Source of the DNA: Chara braunii
Lineage: Eukaryota; Plantae; Charophyceae
Assembly: GCA_003427395.1 (NCBI GenBank)
Contig: BFEA01000027.1
Location: forward strand, 601,058 to 654,163
DNA: 53,106 bases
Direction of reading: 5' to 3'
This document shows, piece after piece, positions 26,241-38,054 of the stretch. Position numbers and translations under genes: made by a program. Below the pieces are notes generated by a model, which was not told the DNA's origin, ran no database searches, and worked only from the letters and a program-made list of their open reading frames with translations. The first letter of the stretch is position 1, and the number at the start of each line of letters is the position of its first letter.

Positions 26241-27302
26241 TCAGAGTTTATCTAACTTTGCTGGATCCGCTCGGCGTCCTCTTGAGTCGCAGATAAAGCC
26301 TACGATCTTAATAGTCGAGCTGGTCCACCGGCTCTTTGTTCCGCTAACCGTCAAATTTTCTTTGTCCAGCTGCTCAAGTATCGCGCAAATATCGGTCAGG
26401 TGCTGCTCGACGAATCTCCTAACCCCTGGCACGACCTCTGTCTCATCTTTCTTTACTGGTCCTTTTATAGGAAAGTCATCCAGAAAAACTTCAACCTTGT
26501 CAGGAATAAAGTCCCTGAGGACGGCCACCATGGCTCTCTGAAAAACGGCTACCCCATTAGTCCAACCCATAGGGACGACCATCATCTGTATCAGTCCCAA
26601 TGGCGTGTGTATAGTCGTGAGGTGCCTGTCCCTGGGATCAAGCGGTACCTCATCATAGCCTGAGAACAGATCACAGACATAATAAATCGACCTGCCCGCA
26701 GCGCCTTCAGCCAGTAAGTCAGCGTGTGGCACGGAACCCACGTCTCGTATCGTCACCGCGTTGACCTTCTGAAGGTCCTGGATCCATCGGATCTTGCCAT
26801 TCGGCTTTCGTAGGAAGAACCATCGATTAGCATAAGCGCTATCAGACGGCTCCGCAACGTGGGAAACCATCTTTTCTTTCAGGAAAGCGATAACCTCTTC
26901 CTTCTCCTTCAGGGCGTATTTCCATCCTGCGTCATTCCATGGAACATGTGGAATCGTGTAAATCCTTGCTGGCTTTGCGTAACGAGGGTCAACCCTACCA
27001 CGCTCTGCGTCGCTGAAGGCTATAGCCTTATCGTACGTCTTTAAGATCTCTATCACACGTTCCCGCTCCTTAGGGGTCAAGTTTCCATCTCCGATGTTCA
27101 TCCCTGCTATTCTCTCTTTCGTTAGGTGTTGCGGCTCCTTTTTCTTTCTTTCTTTGATTTCCTTTGCGATCTCTTCTTCCGATATCCCTTCCAATGCAGA
27201 TCGCTCGCGGCCCACCGCCGCTGGCTTAACTTTCTGAGCTACTCGCTTGTGTTGCTTGGGTAGCCCCCCATAGGGCCCCATAGGGGTCGTGCCCTTAAAA
27301 AA
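26241..27302 (-). CDS. Reverse transcriptase (Gypsy type)
   Basis: WFFLRKPNGKIRWIQDLQKVN; DLFSGYD; PMGWTNG; VEVFLDD catalytic motif. Confidence 0.95.
   Translation of the reverse strand, partial: FFKGTTPMGPYGGLPKQHKRVAQKVKPAAVGRERSALEGISEEEIAKEIKERKKKEPQHLTKERIAGMNIGDGNLTPKERERVIEILKTYDKAIAFSDAERGRVDPRYAKPARIYTIPHVPWNDAGWKYALKEKEEVIAFLKEKMVSHVAEPSDSAYANRWFFLRKPNGKIRWIQDLQKVNAVTIRDVGSVPHADLLAEGAAGRSIYYVCDLFSGYDEVPLDPRDRHLTTIHTPLGLIQMMVVPMGWTNGVAVFQRAMVAVLRDFIPDKVEVFLDDFPIKGPVKKDETEVVPGVRRFVEQHLTDICAILEQLDKENLTVSGTKSRWTSSTIKIVGFICDSRGRRADPAKLDKL
27258..27302 (-). promoter_or_regulatory. Candidate -1 programmed ribosomal frameshift signal (U_UUU_UUA plus downstream stem or pseudoknot)
   Basis: TCT TTT TTA is in the protease frame; the -1 frame reads straight into the RT ORF (KGTTPMGPYGGLPKQHKR). 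Downstream stem cccctat/atggggg. Confidence 0.65.
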
Positions 27303-27475
27303 GACACAGATACCACGCCGCCAAATTCCTCATTTGGATACGCGTTGCCGTCCACTATCAGCCGACTCCCTAAATCTTCCACCTCTACAATCCGGCCTTC
27401 TTCTTCTGTGAGCAGTGGTCCATACTTCTTCTCGCGCAACCGCACCGCGTGGCCGGAGATAGGTAATGACTTAAT

Positions 27476-28680
27476 CTAATCACCGGGTCCCGCACCCACA
27501 GCGAGAGCTGCTTTGTTCCTCGGGTCTCGAGGCTCCACCGTCTCAATCATAACCCGAGTCCCATCTAGCTTCTTAATGGACAATGTCTGGCTACCGTCCG
27601 GTCGCTCTATCGTCACCGCATGCACGTGGCTCAACCACGTCCGTCCCAAAAGCAGGTCAGAGTTACAGTTCTTGACTGCAAAGATTGTCAGGGTCACTCG
27701 TACCCCTTGGACCTCTATGGCTGCCTTGTGACAAACCCCTGTGATTTGTTGCTTTCTACCATCGACCGTCTCTATCTCGAATAAGTATGACCTATCGAGT
27801 CTCAGTCCAACTTGCTCTGCCAGATCCTCGTCTATAATGACAGCCTCACTGCCGTTATCGATCACAGCATCTAGAACCGCCCCGTCGTTTAGGATCGCCT
27901 CCACGGTCCCACTTCCAAGTATGTAAAACTTGTCTGGAGGCACACCTTCCATCCCATCAAGAAGGACTGTCGCCATGCGATCTGCTCTAGCAGTCACCTC
28001 CGATACTGCGACGGTAGGAGCATCCGCCTTAGGGGTCATCTGAACCTCCTCTAATAGAGGTATGCGAGTCTTCCGCGTGATCATTTGTAACTCGTCGCCA
28101 GCTGGCTTGGATGTTGTCAGATACTCCAGAATTGAGCACTGCATGGGCTGCCGAAGGGCCCGTCTCAGTGGCTCGACCGTGTCAATCTCATCCAGCGAAC
28201 TCTTCATCAAGAACTTCTTCACTCCCCGCTTTCGCGGTGAAAGAATTACATCCTTTCCATCGATCCGCTGTCCGTCCTTCTCCGCCATCACGTAATCCGT
28301 GTCAGTCTTCTTCGATGTAGACCCTCTCGCCGACTTGGTAGCTGCCACCCTTATGGGTGTGGTTGCCATATCTCCTTTGAAAGTTATCTTGATGCTCTGG
28401 CTCCTAACCAGCTCATTTTCTTTACTCGGCTTTACTCTCCTTGCTTCAACATTCTCCTTCATCGAAGGGAACATCGATACGTCTCCCAGATCATCTGCCC
28501 ACTTGACGTACTTGCGGTCATCAAGCACGACAAGTCCCTCATCTATTGCCCGTTTGAGATCCGGACAGTCTCTCTTGATATGATCATCCCCTCTACAGTA
28601 GACGCAAGAGTTCCTGGGAGTGGGTGGCCTGTCGTCTGCGCTCCTGGAGGTCGAACCCTTCCCTGCTCCACAAATGGTTA
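27476..28680 (-). CDS. Gag C-terminus (CCHC zinc knuckle) and aspartic protease
   Basis: CVYCRGDDHIKRDC; AVIDNGSEAVII; DLLLGRTWL. Confidence 0.92.
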
Positions 28681-30677
28681 TCACATAGATGAATATTCAC
28701 AGATGAATATTCTGAAAGTGAGAAAAATTAAGTGGTTTTTCGGGTTTGAATTCATGTTTGTACATGATGAATCATAACTTGCAATTGTGAAAGCTTGGGG
28801 TAGAAGATGTTGTTCATGTTGTTGTTGTTGTTGTTGTTGTTTTCGTGAACAATCCGGAAGGGGTGAATGCCCTGAAGGCCTGAAAGCCCTCCCCCCCCCC
28901 CCCCCCCGCAAATTGTGCTGGGATCGTCTGGCCCCAAACCGGGNNNNNNNNNNNNNNNNNNNNNNNNNNNNNNNNNNNNNNNNNNNNNNNNNNNNNNNNN
29001 NNNNNNNNNNNNNNNNNNNNNNNNNNNNNNNNNNNNNNNNNNNNNNNNNNNNNNNNNNNNNNNNNNNNNNNNNNNNNNNNNNNNNNNNNNNNNNNNNNNN
29101 NNNNNNNNNNNNNNNNNNNNNNNNNNNNNNNNNNNNNNNNNNNNNNNNNNNNNNNNNNNNNNNNNNNNNNNNNNNNNNNNNNNNNNNNNNNNNNNNNNNN
29201 NNNNNNNNNNNNNNNNNNNNNNNNNNNNNNNNNNNNNNNNNNNNNNNNNNNNNNNNNNNNNNNNNNNNNNNNNNNNNNNNNNNNNNNNNNNNNNNNNNNN
29301 NNNNNNNNNNNNNNNNNNNNNNNNNNNNNNNNNNNNNNNNNNNNNNNNNNNNNNNNNNNNNNNNNNNNNNNNNNNNNNNNNNNNNNNNNNNNNNNNNNNN
29401 NNNNNNNNNNNNNNNNNNNNNNNNNNNNNNNNNNNNNNNNNNNNNNNNNNNNNNNNNNNNNNNNNNNNNNNNNNNNNNNNNNNNNNNNNNNNNNNNNNNN
29501 NNNNNNNNNNNNNNNNNNNNNNNNNNNNNNNNNNNNNNNNNNNNNNNNNNNNNNNNNNNATATATCGTCACAAACAGAATTGCCCGGTAAACCGTAGGTA
29601 GAGAGAGAGAAGAGGACAACAAACGAGGGGCTGTGACAAACTGTTTCGTCGAAGTTTCACCGACTCATCAGGAGGCGGAGGGCCAGTTGCATGAGTCAGA
29701 TAGTGAAAGCCAAAGGGAGGGGTGCTTCACATAGATGAATATTCACAGATGAACATTCTGAAAGCGAGAAAAATTAAGTGGTTTTTCGGGTTTAAATTCA
29801 TGTTTGTACGTGATGAATCATAACTTGCAATTGTGAAAGCTTGGGGTAGAAGATCTTATTCATGTTTTTTTTTTTTTTTTTTTTTTTTTTTCGTGAACAA
29901 TCCTGAAGGGGTGAATGCCGTGAAGGCCTGAAAGCACCACCCCCCACCCTATGGCTCTCACTGTTAAGCGCTGAGGATCCTGAACGATTCTGAAGAGGTG
30001 AATGCCTTCGGTGGTCTGAAAGCAGGAAGTCAAAGGCCTTGAAAGCGGGGGTTGCTTTCAGGCCGTTCAGGGCATTCACCCCTTCAGGATTGTTCGTAAT
30101 CTTCATGATTTTGTTTCATTATTATTTTTTTTTCGGTGAACCATCATGAAGGGGTGAAAGCCCTGAAGGACTGAAAGCACCCCCCCCACCCTATGACTCC
30201 CACTGTTAAGCGCTGAGGATCCTGAACGATCCTGAAGAGGTGAATGCCTTCGGTGGTCTGAAAGCAGGGAGTCGAAAGGAGGTGCGAGAGTTTTTAAGGC
30301 CTTCACCCCTTCATGATAGTGAGAGCTAAAATGGGGGTTGCTTTCAGGTCGTTCAGGGCATTCACCCTTTCATGATTGTTCGTAATCTTCATGATTTTTT
30401 TTATTTTTTTTTTCCGATAAACCATCATGAAAGGGTGAATGCCCTGAAGACCTGAAAGCCCCCCCCCCCACCCTATGGCTCCTACTGTTAAGCGCTGAGG
30501 ATCCTGAACGATCCTGAAGAGGTGAATGTCTTCGCTGACCTAAAAGCAGGGAGTCGAAAGGAGGTATGAGGGCTTTTAAGGTCTTCACCCCTTCATGATA
30601 GTGAGAGCTAAAGGGGGGTTTGCTCTCAGGACGTTCAGGGCATTCACCCCTTCAGGATTGTTCGTAGTCTTCATGAT

Positions 30678-30722
<45 letters not shown>

Positions 30723-32240
30723 CGTGAACCATCCTGAAGGGGTGAATGCCCTGAAGGCCTGAAAGCACCCCCTCCCACCCTATGGTTCCCATTGTTAAGC
30801 GTTAAGGATCCTGAACGATCATGAAGAGGTGAATGCCTTCGTTGGTCTGAAAATAGGGAATCGAAAGGAGGTGCGATGACTTTCAAAACCTTCACCCCTT
30901 TATGATAGTGAGAGTCAAAAGGGGGGTTGCTTTGAGGCCGCTCAGAGCATTCACCCCTTCAGGATTGTTCATGGTCTTCATAATGGGTTTTTTTTTTTTT
31001 TTTTTTTTTTTTAANNNNNNNNNNNNNNNNNNNNNNNNNNNNNNNNNNNNNNNNNNNNNNNNNNNNNNNNNNNNNNNNNNNNNNNNNNNNNNNNNNNNNN
31101 NNNNNNNNNNNNNNNNNNNNNNNNNNNNNNNNNNNNNNNNNNNNNNNNNNNNNNNNNNNNNNNNNNNNNNNNNNNNNNNNNNNNNNNNNNNNNNNNNNNN
31201 NNNNNNNNNNNNNNNNNNNNNNNNNNNNNNNNNNNNNNNNNNNNNNNNNNNNNNNNNNNNNNNNNNNNNNNNNNNNNNNNNNNNNNNNNNNNNNNNNNNN
31301 NNNNNNNNNNNNNNNNNNNNNNNNNNNNNNNNNNNNNNNNNNNNNNNNNNNNNNNNNNNNNNNNNNNNNNNNNNNNNNNNNNNNNNNNNNNNNNNNNNNN
31401 NNNNNNNNNNNNNNNNNNNNNNNNNNNNNNNNNNNNNNNNNNNNNNNNNNNNNNNNNNNNNNNNNNNNNNNNNNNNNNNNNNNNNNNNNNNNNNNNNNNN
31501 NNNNNNNNNNNNNNNNNNNNNNNNNNNNNNNNNNNNNNNNNNNNNNNNNNNNNNNNNNNNNNNNNNNNNNNNNNNNNNNNNNNNNNNNNNNNNNNNNNNN
31601 NNNNNNNNNNNNNNNNNNNNNNNNNNNNNNNNNNNNNNNNNNNNNNNNNNNNNNNNNNNNNNNNNNNNNNNNNNNNNNNNNNNNNNNNNNNNNNNNNNNN
31701 NNNNNNNNNNNNNNNNNNNNNNNNNNNNNNNNNNNNNNNNNNNNNNNNNNNNNNNNNNNNNNNNNNNNNNNNNNNNNNNNNNNNNNNNNNNNNNNNNNNN
31801 NNNNNNNNNNNNNNNNNNNNNNNNNNNNNNNNNNNNNNNNNNNNNNNNNNNNNNNNNNNNNNNNNNNNNNNNNNNNNNNNNNNNNNNNNNNNNNNNNNNN
31901 NNNNNNNNNNNNNNNNNNNNNNNNNNNNNNNNNNNNNNNNNNNNNNNNNNNNNNNNNNNNNNNNCCCCCCCCCCACTGTATGGCTCCCACTGTTAAGCTT
32001 GAGTATCCGGAACGATCCTGAAGGGGTGAATGCCTTCAAAGGTCTGAAAGGAGCACCCATCCCCACCTTTCGTTTCCGTTGTTGTGTCATTTTGGCATCC
32101 TGAACAATATGAACGATCCTGAACGGGTGAATGTCCTGAAGGGCCTAAAAGCCCCCCCCCCCTCCTATGACTCCCACTATAGAGCTTTATAGGCATCCTG
32201 AATTCACCTCTTTAGGCATCCTGAAAAAAAAAACATGTTG
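28681..32240. mobile_element. Nested insertion in gag: tandem array of ~270-300-bp foldback units separated by poly-T; flanked by a TTA/GTTA duplication
   Basis: GTTA at 28677-28680 and 32240-32243. Removing the insert restores the in-frame reading ...GEKRLTICGAGKG. Units start cctgaaggggtgaatgccctgaa and end ttcagggcattcaccccttcagg. Two N gaps inside. Confidence 0.8.
29635..29671 (-). ncRNA. Hammerhead-ribozyme-like core, incomplete (stem I not found)
   Basis: Minus strand: CUGAUGA GUCG gugaaacuu CGAC GAA ACA guu UGU C. Confidence 0.3.
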
Positions 32241-34227
32241 TTAACCTTTTCTCCCCTGCTCTGGGGTATGGGAACTTTGTATGCTGATCGGATGTCGTGC
32301 CATATCCCCCTCTCTCATTCCGGCCGCGCGAATCATTGTTGCGGTCTCCTCCGGATCCTCCTTGCTCATATTGCCCCCGTGAGTCATTCCGGTGGTCATC
32401 ATGGTCGTATCGCCCGCGTGACTCATCGCGCCGATCTCCTCGGTCGTACCACCCCCGCGAATCGTCACGCTGCGCTCTCGCGAATCCCCCGCGGTCATAC
32501 CGTCCGCGCGAGTCATCTCGTCGGTCTCCGTCTCGATCTCCTCTCTCATACCTGCCACCCCTGTATCCATCTCCATCCGTCCTCTCGTATCTGTCGTCCC
32601 TATATCCATATCGGTCCGATCTCTCATATCTACCATCCCTGTAACCGTCTCGTCAGCCCTGATCTGACTCCCACCGGCCTCGAGAGTCGCCTCTGCCCCC
32701 ATCAGCCTCATAGCGAGGGCTATGCGAGTAATCATCCAATCTCCTAGCTCGCCCATACGTCTCGCAAGCCCTGCGGTCCAGGTCTATATCATCATCCCTA
32801 CATCGCCATGACTCATCGTCTCTCTCCTTTTCCCTCGCACGATAATCAGTCAGCGTTCGAGGATTTCTATCCTCGACACTCCTCCAGGAATCGGTGTTCC
32901 TACGGTCCCAGCGAAGTGAATAGGGTCCTCCGGGTTTGTCCCGGTAAGTCGTGGCTCCTGTGGTAGTCACAATCTCTGTAACCTGTCTTGTCAATCCCTT
33001 TACCATGTCCCTTATCTCCTTCACTTCCTCAGTCACGGCTTCATTCTTTTCCGACCAAGGATAGTCCTTGAAATCAGGACATCTATCAGTGGCATACTCC
33101 TTATAGAGAGAAAAATCACGCCTCCTCATTCCTCTCTATACCAAGTCCTTGTAGTCGCCTGCCTCTGCCTTTATTGCGAGCTTTAGGACTTCAGGGAAGT
33201 CAAGCTTGTCGCGCGGGAGATCTCTAAGTATACTCTTTTGTCTGCCTTTGGATAAGTGTCCAATGAAGATAGTACAGCGCTAGACCTCTAAGATCTTCCC
33301 CTTCTTCATCAGTACGTCAGAGATCTTCTGAAAACGCTTTCTGAACGTCCGTACGCTCTCGTCCTCATCCCGAGTCATAGTCGGTGGTCCTTGATGGAGT
33401 ACTTGTTATCTTCCAATTTGTAAAGCTCAATGAGGTTCTTCTTATACGTAGTCCATTTCTCATCCTTCGGCCGGGCTTCCTTTACTTCTTTGCCGAGACT
33501 TGGATCCACATTAAATAGGAAGTTCTCTATAATCTCTTCCTCCGACCACTGACTCCGGCTAGCATGAAGCTCCCACTTCTCCAGATATTCTGTGATACTG
33601 TAGCCCCTGAAAGTAGGAGGCTCCGAAGCCTTGTGCGTAATAATGTAGCGATCCTTGCTCTCGTAAGGGAGCGGATGAGACTCCCCTGTCTGGGGGTCGA
33701 AGACACGCCGGGGCGGTGCTCTATCCCTGTCTTTGTCCCTCCAATAGGAGTCTCGTGAACTCTCTCTCCAGTCGTCCCCGTGCCTATCCGCCTTGGTTTC
33801 CCCCCGTTCATACTCGGGGGAACGTCGTGTCGTCGCTTCTCGTCGCGTGCTCGAGGTTCCAGTCTTCAGAGCCTCCTGCGGCTCTGTTACGACCGGCTCG
33901 CCCATTACGTCGGGCTCTCCGTCATTGGTTTGGTCAGCCCATCTCAGCGGTGCCCCCTGCCTAATTCGTTCCTTCAGATCCCTCAGTGTTCGGTCGGGCG
34001 ATGTCCTGTACTCCTCTCTTGTTTCGGCCGTGGTCGGTTGTGGCCCCATCGTGTCTGGTTCCAGAGGCTTCCAGAAACTGTAGTTGGGCTCGTCGGGCGT
34101 TACAGCCCGGACCTATAACAGTTGCAGCAGCCGGGACCGGTGACAAAACTCGCAGCCCGGACCTATGACAGTTGCAGCATCCCGGACCTGTGACAGAACT
34201 CGCAGCCTGGACCTGTTTACTTGTCAT
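32241..34227 (-). pseudogene. Gag (capsid-like domain plus R/D-rich region), disrupted
   Basis: PPTFRGYSITEYLEKWELHASRSQWSEEEIIENFLFNVD...WTTYKKNLIELY is typical of retrotransposon Gag. RD/RG-rich stretch at 32300-32800. Probable start ATG at 34227, with short tandem repeats at 34100-34215. Confidence 0.8.
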
Positions 34228-34248
34228 GGTTCGCTCTCGTCTCCAGTC

Positions 34249-34617
34249 CTAGCTCTCGACTGCTCTGATTACCGTCACCAGTACTCCGTTCCCATCGCGG
34301 ACCTCGTGCTCTCCTTCTATCCCAAGAATCCCGGTGTCTATGTAAACCTCTTCCTCAGGCTCTGCCAACAAGGTCGCGCCTCTCCTGATCTGCACTACAC
34401 CCGTGACAGGATCTCTACTCCTGCTGCAGATCGCAGTCCCAAGCCTAACCAATGTCTCCCGACTTGCACCCCTCAAGAGTTCTCGAGCGTCTATCTCCGT
34501 CCTCCTAGCTAGATCATCTAGTCCGTCCTGAATCGGGTAGCCCACAAAAGGAGGAAACTCTCCTCCTACTGTATCTAACCATCTCCTCCTCTAACTCCCA
34601 GACAACTATAAGGTCAT
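34249..34617 (-). pseudogene. Accessory ORF I (~122 aa, two premature stops near the N-terminus), unknown function
   Basis: ATG at 34617 is in frame with ORF 34249-34545. It lies 4 nt after the ORF H stop and ends 21 nt before the gag ATG. Confidence 0.5.
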
Positions 34618-34621
34618 TTGT

Positions 34622-35137
34622 CTAGTATCTGAGGGAAGTCAGTGCTATAGCTGCTCGTAATCTCATCACCGACAACTCCAATATGTCATAGAACATCTCA
34701 AAATCTTCCTCATCTCCACTATCCTTTATAGCCTCTAAAGTCTTTATCGATTCCCTCCAGTATCGGTCGTGAGCAGCTAGCACCCTCAGTATCGCTTCGT
34801 CTATTATAACTCTCCCTAGCTCCCCAGCTCTCCTGGCCTCGCTTATCTTCAACCTCTCAGCCTCTTTGGTCGTCTCGTACCATGCCCTTATCTCAGACCG
34901 CCCTTCGAAAGGTGTTACTCGAAGTACGTATTTTATCCTTCGTCCTCCTTCCATTCCAATCCAAAGTCCTGTTCCCCTAGCCTCACGCAATGCACGACGA
35001 ACATACTCTGCCTCCTCAACTATACACAACCTGGTATGGAGGTGGAGCTCTGCGATCACTAACACCAATGGCCCGTCCAGTCTCCCTACGACATGCAATG
35101 AGTACCTGTCCGTCGTGTGTAGGGCAGTCCCGCTCAT
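34622..35137 (-). CDS. Accessory ORF H (171 aa), unknown function
   Basis: Intact ORF; its ATG overlaps the TGA of ORF G (ATGA). Confidence 0.65.
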   Translation of the reverse strand: MSGTALHTTDRYSLHVVGRLDGPLVLVIAELHLHTRLCIVEEAEYVRRALREARGTGLWIGMEGGRRIKYVLRVTPFEGRSEIRAWYETTKEAERLKISEARRAGELGRVIIDEAILRVLAAHDRYWRESIKTLEAIKDSGDEEDFEMFYDILELSVMRLRAAIALTSLRY

Positions 35138-35454
35138 GTCCTGTTGCTATCTCCCTTCGTTACCTTGTCCTCCGTTGCTACGTTCTCTGCAGACTTTTCC
35201 CTAGCTCCTTCGCGCAATAGGTTCCTAGCCTTTACCCTCCCCAGAAAGTCTGATCTCCACGCCTGGATAATCTCCTTATCCTCCCTGAACAAACTCTTCA
35301 ACTCTTTCGTCGCGAGCTCAACCCTACGCAGCTTGCCCTCATCCTGGCATGACCCGATCTCCCTTATCTTGTTCCCCAACTCCTTTACCTGGTTCAAGAG
35401 TGGTTCTTTGATGCGTTTTCTCACTCTTCCGATCGCCTCACTCTCCTCTTCCAT
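35134..35454 (-). CDS. Accessory ORF G (106 aa, charged, coiled-coil-like)
   Basis: Intact ATG ORF, E/K/R-rich helical pattern. In frame with ORF F, separated by TGA-GGA-TGA. Confidence 0.55.
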   Translation of the reverse strand: MEEESEAIGRVRKRIKEPLLNQVKELGNKIREIGSCQDEGKLRRVELATKELKSLFREDKEIIQAWRSDFLGRVKARNLLREGAREKSAENVATEDKVTKGDSNRT

Positions 35455-35484
35455 ACTTTGTCCACATTTTTTTCCAGCTCATCC

Positions 35485-35766
35485 TCATACCTTTGCTCTA
35501 GTCTTCGCTACCGTCCCATCGTGGTAGTGCTCCGCGCGCATATAACCATGAGACCATATCATCACGTCATAGGAAATCGAGGTCTGGAAGGTCACTCGCA
35601 CCAGTACATCAGCTCTATGCTCGCGGATCAGCTCCCTGGCTCGTAATCGACACTCCCTCACCGTCAAGTCCTCATCTATGTATACTCGGAGAAATACTGT
35701 CATAGTGTACCCTGTGCTTACCAATGGTTTATCTAAGCGTATCGCGGTTGCAGTTCTCTCCGACAT
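35485..35766 (-). CDS. Accessory ORF F (93 aa), unknown function
   Basis: ATG lies 3 nt after the preceding in-frame TAG (TAG GGA ATG). Confidence 0.55.
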   Translation of the reverse strand: MSERTATAIRLDKPLVSTGYTMTVFLRVYIDEDLTVRECRLRARELIREHRADVLVRVTFQTSISYDVMIWSHGYMRAEHYHDGTVAKTRAKV

Positions 35767-35769
35767 TCC

Positions 35770-36530
35770 CTAAGCTGCGACCTCGAAGAGAAATCTCACA
35801 TCCTCCAGCCCCACATAATCAATCTATGCTCATCTCCTGCAGTACCTAATCAGATCGACTGACCTCAGATAGTCCACCCAGCAAGTAACGTCTATGATGT
35901 CGTCAAGCGTCTCTCTGCTGGATGACCCCCACCTTACACAAATGGCGTAGTATGCTTCCCTGAAACGAGGAGTTAAACCCTCCCAAAGCGCGTAAAGTGT
36001 GTGGTCCACTGCTATACTCAGACGATCTACGCTCCTATAGGTCTGCCCTATTACGAACGAGGAAGTCCAAATCGCCAACCCTCTCTCGGGTAGAGGGTCG
36101 ATTGCGAAGGTCCGTATACCAAGCGACTCCAATACGACCTTCCTCCAGAGAGTCTCGCCAGTTGCTGATTAACGATCACTCGGGCCAACAACTCGTTTCT
36201 CCACCAAGCCCTGCTAGCCCCTGCGAGTGTCAGTCCTATGTCTAAATCATGAGCTTTGTCCGTTATCAGATGTCCGACCCCTTTTAGGTCGTGAGTCATT
36301 TCGGGTCGTCTATCTTTCAGTACCACCGTCCAAAGGAAAAGCCCCTCTGCCAACCACGTCCCAAGGTAACGTATCGGAACACAGCAAGTCCCCTCTAACC
36401 CCACAGGAAGAGGAATATCATATCCAACAGCCGTCTCTCTGGGCCTTACAAGTTTCCTCACGCTATAGGATTCGGACTCTCGTGAGAGAACATAATCCAA
36501 CCAAGTCGCCGAGTCACTCCTCATCTCCAC
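35770..36530 (-). pseudogene. Accessory ORF D/E (~250 aa; frameshift near 36150 and terminal stops)
   Basis: ORFs 36051-36530 and 35830-36132 overlap in different frames with protein-like composition. The downstream frame continues *A*IDYVGLEDVRFLFEVAA* to 35770. Confidence 0.5.
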
Positions 36531-36596
36531 TTCGGCACTCGATCTGTGTCATTCTACTCCCTTTGACGCACCCTATCTCACGATGTTGCTGACTCC

Positions 36597-36833
36597 TCAG
36601 ACCACTCTCCCACTTAAGTCCAGTATGGTCGAGTAGGTGCTGTGCACTCTCCCGTCAGCTCCATGGAAGTAGATAGTAAACTCGACGTATCTCTGGCCTC
36701 TCCGTATCTCCAGGGCATGCTCCGTCATGAGTCTGATTTGTCGCTCAACATTGTCCAACGCCTCTTCTTCCCAGCCGCACGTCCTATCTCGTCGTAAGGA
36801 AAGAATCACTCTCAGTGTATCCCTGTCTGCCAT
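36597..36833 (-). CDS. Accessory ORF C (78 aa; in frame with ORF D)
   Basis: ATG preceded by a purine-rich spacer; MADRDTLRVILSLRRD... Confidence 0.5.
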   Translation of the reverse strand: MADRDTLRVILSLRRDRTCGWEEEALDNVERQIRLMTEHALEIRRGQRYVEFTIYFHGADGRVHSTYSTILDLSGRVV

Positions 36834-36940
36834 CCCTTCCTGCTCTTACTGACACTCTCGTCTCGCCTAAAGTTTCTCCCTTTGCCTACTAAGCGATCTC
36901 CTACTCCCTTCCCTAAGCCACGCCCGGATATGTCCTGCCA

Positions 36941-38054
36941 CTAGTCGTCTCGCGCATCTGGCATATCCTCATCTCCATCCTCATCTACCCCCTGACCCCA
37001 TGGGATATCCTCATGTCCCTCGTCCTGAAGGAGATGTCCCCAGCCGCCCTCCTGCGGCCTGTCTATATCGGCGCCAATCTCGCCCTGCCCTACGTCAGGC
37101 ACGTCTCTCCACAATCTCTCGTCCTGTCCCCAAAGCTCTGCGTCACTGAGGCGTTCCCAATCTCGATCGTCCGCGCTCCAGCCGAGCTCCTCTCTATCTG
37201 GATATATACCCTGGTAATGCTCCTCCAACTCCCAGATAGAGATCAGGGAAGCAGGCCTATCACCGGGAGTCTCGCTAAAGAGTCGTCCGACCACCTCCAA
37301 ACTATCCACTGGTCTCTGGACCTCCCTATCTAGTGCCAGCCAGAACTCCAAGGGCTGGCCCGAAAAAAAAAGAGTGGGGGTCTTCTGTCGGCGCTAGTGC
37401 ACGTAAGAACTCAATGAGCTGTATCCCCCTCTCTCCAGTAAGAGGCCCACATACGAACTGTGCGTAGGCAATCCAGTCCCTGTCCGTCTGCCCTCTAGCT
37501 AGTCCATCGAGCTCTAGAGCCGCGAAATATCTCTCCACGACGCACCCCAAGCCCCAAAGCTGCTCCACTACAAAGACCGGGAACCTGGCGAGTAGTCGGA
37601 CTGTCGGGAAAGCAAATCCTCCTATCCGAAACGTAATCCTCGTCTCCCTGACAGGCCCATGCAGATCCTCAATCCTCTCTCGTGCACTCTCTATCACGCC
37701 TGTCAGGATCTCTCTAACCTCTCTCTCATACCGCCAGAACCCATGCACCAAGCCCTGGATATAAACGACATCGCTCACCTCACATGAATAATAAATATGC
37801 CCTACGGCCTCTATGGACGTCGTACCAGGCGCCCGCCATCTCCGCGGATCAGACTCGTAGGTCTGAACGACATATGACCATAGGTGCACGTCTGGCCCCA
37901 GCCGAGTCGACCCCCTATGGCCAATCAGCCCTGGCTCATCGACGCATCTGGCCGGTAGATCAAGCTCCACCAAGTAAGGAGCTATGATCTCGGGGGGTCT
38001 AGGTCATCTGAAATTACCAAAGGGTAGGTCGACTCTCTCGATCTCCTCTACCAT
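36941..38054 (-). pseudogene. Accessory ORF B (~370 aa), paralogue of ORF A, acidic Trp-rich tail
   Basis: ATG at 38054, one TGA, then ORF 37326-37973. A 1-nt shift in the T-run at ~37363-37371 joins ORF 36941-37351. Motifs colinear with ORF A. Confidence 0.75.

Noticed and set aside
28681-32090. Long ORFs of 228-364 aa in the ORF track
   Set aside because: Artefacts of N gaps translated as X.
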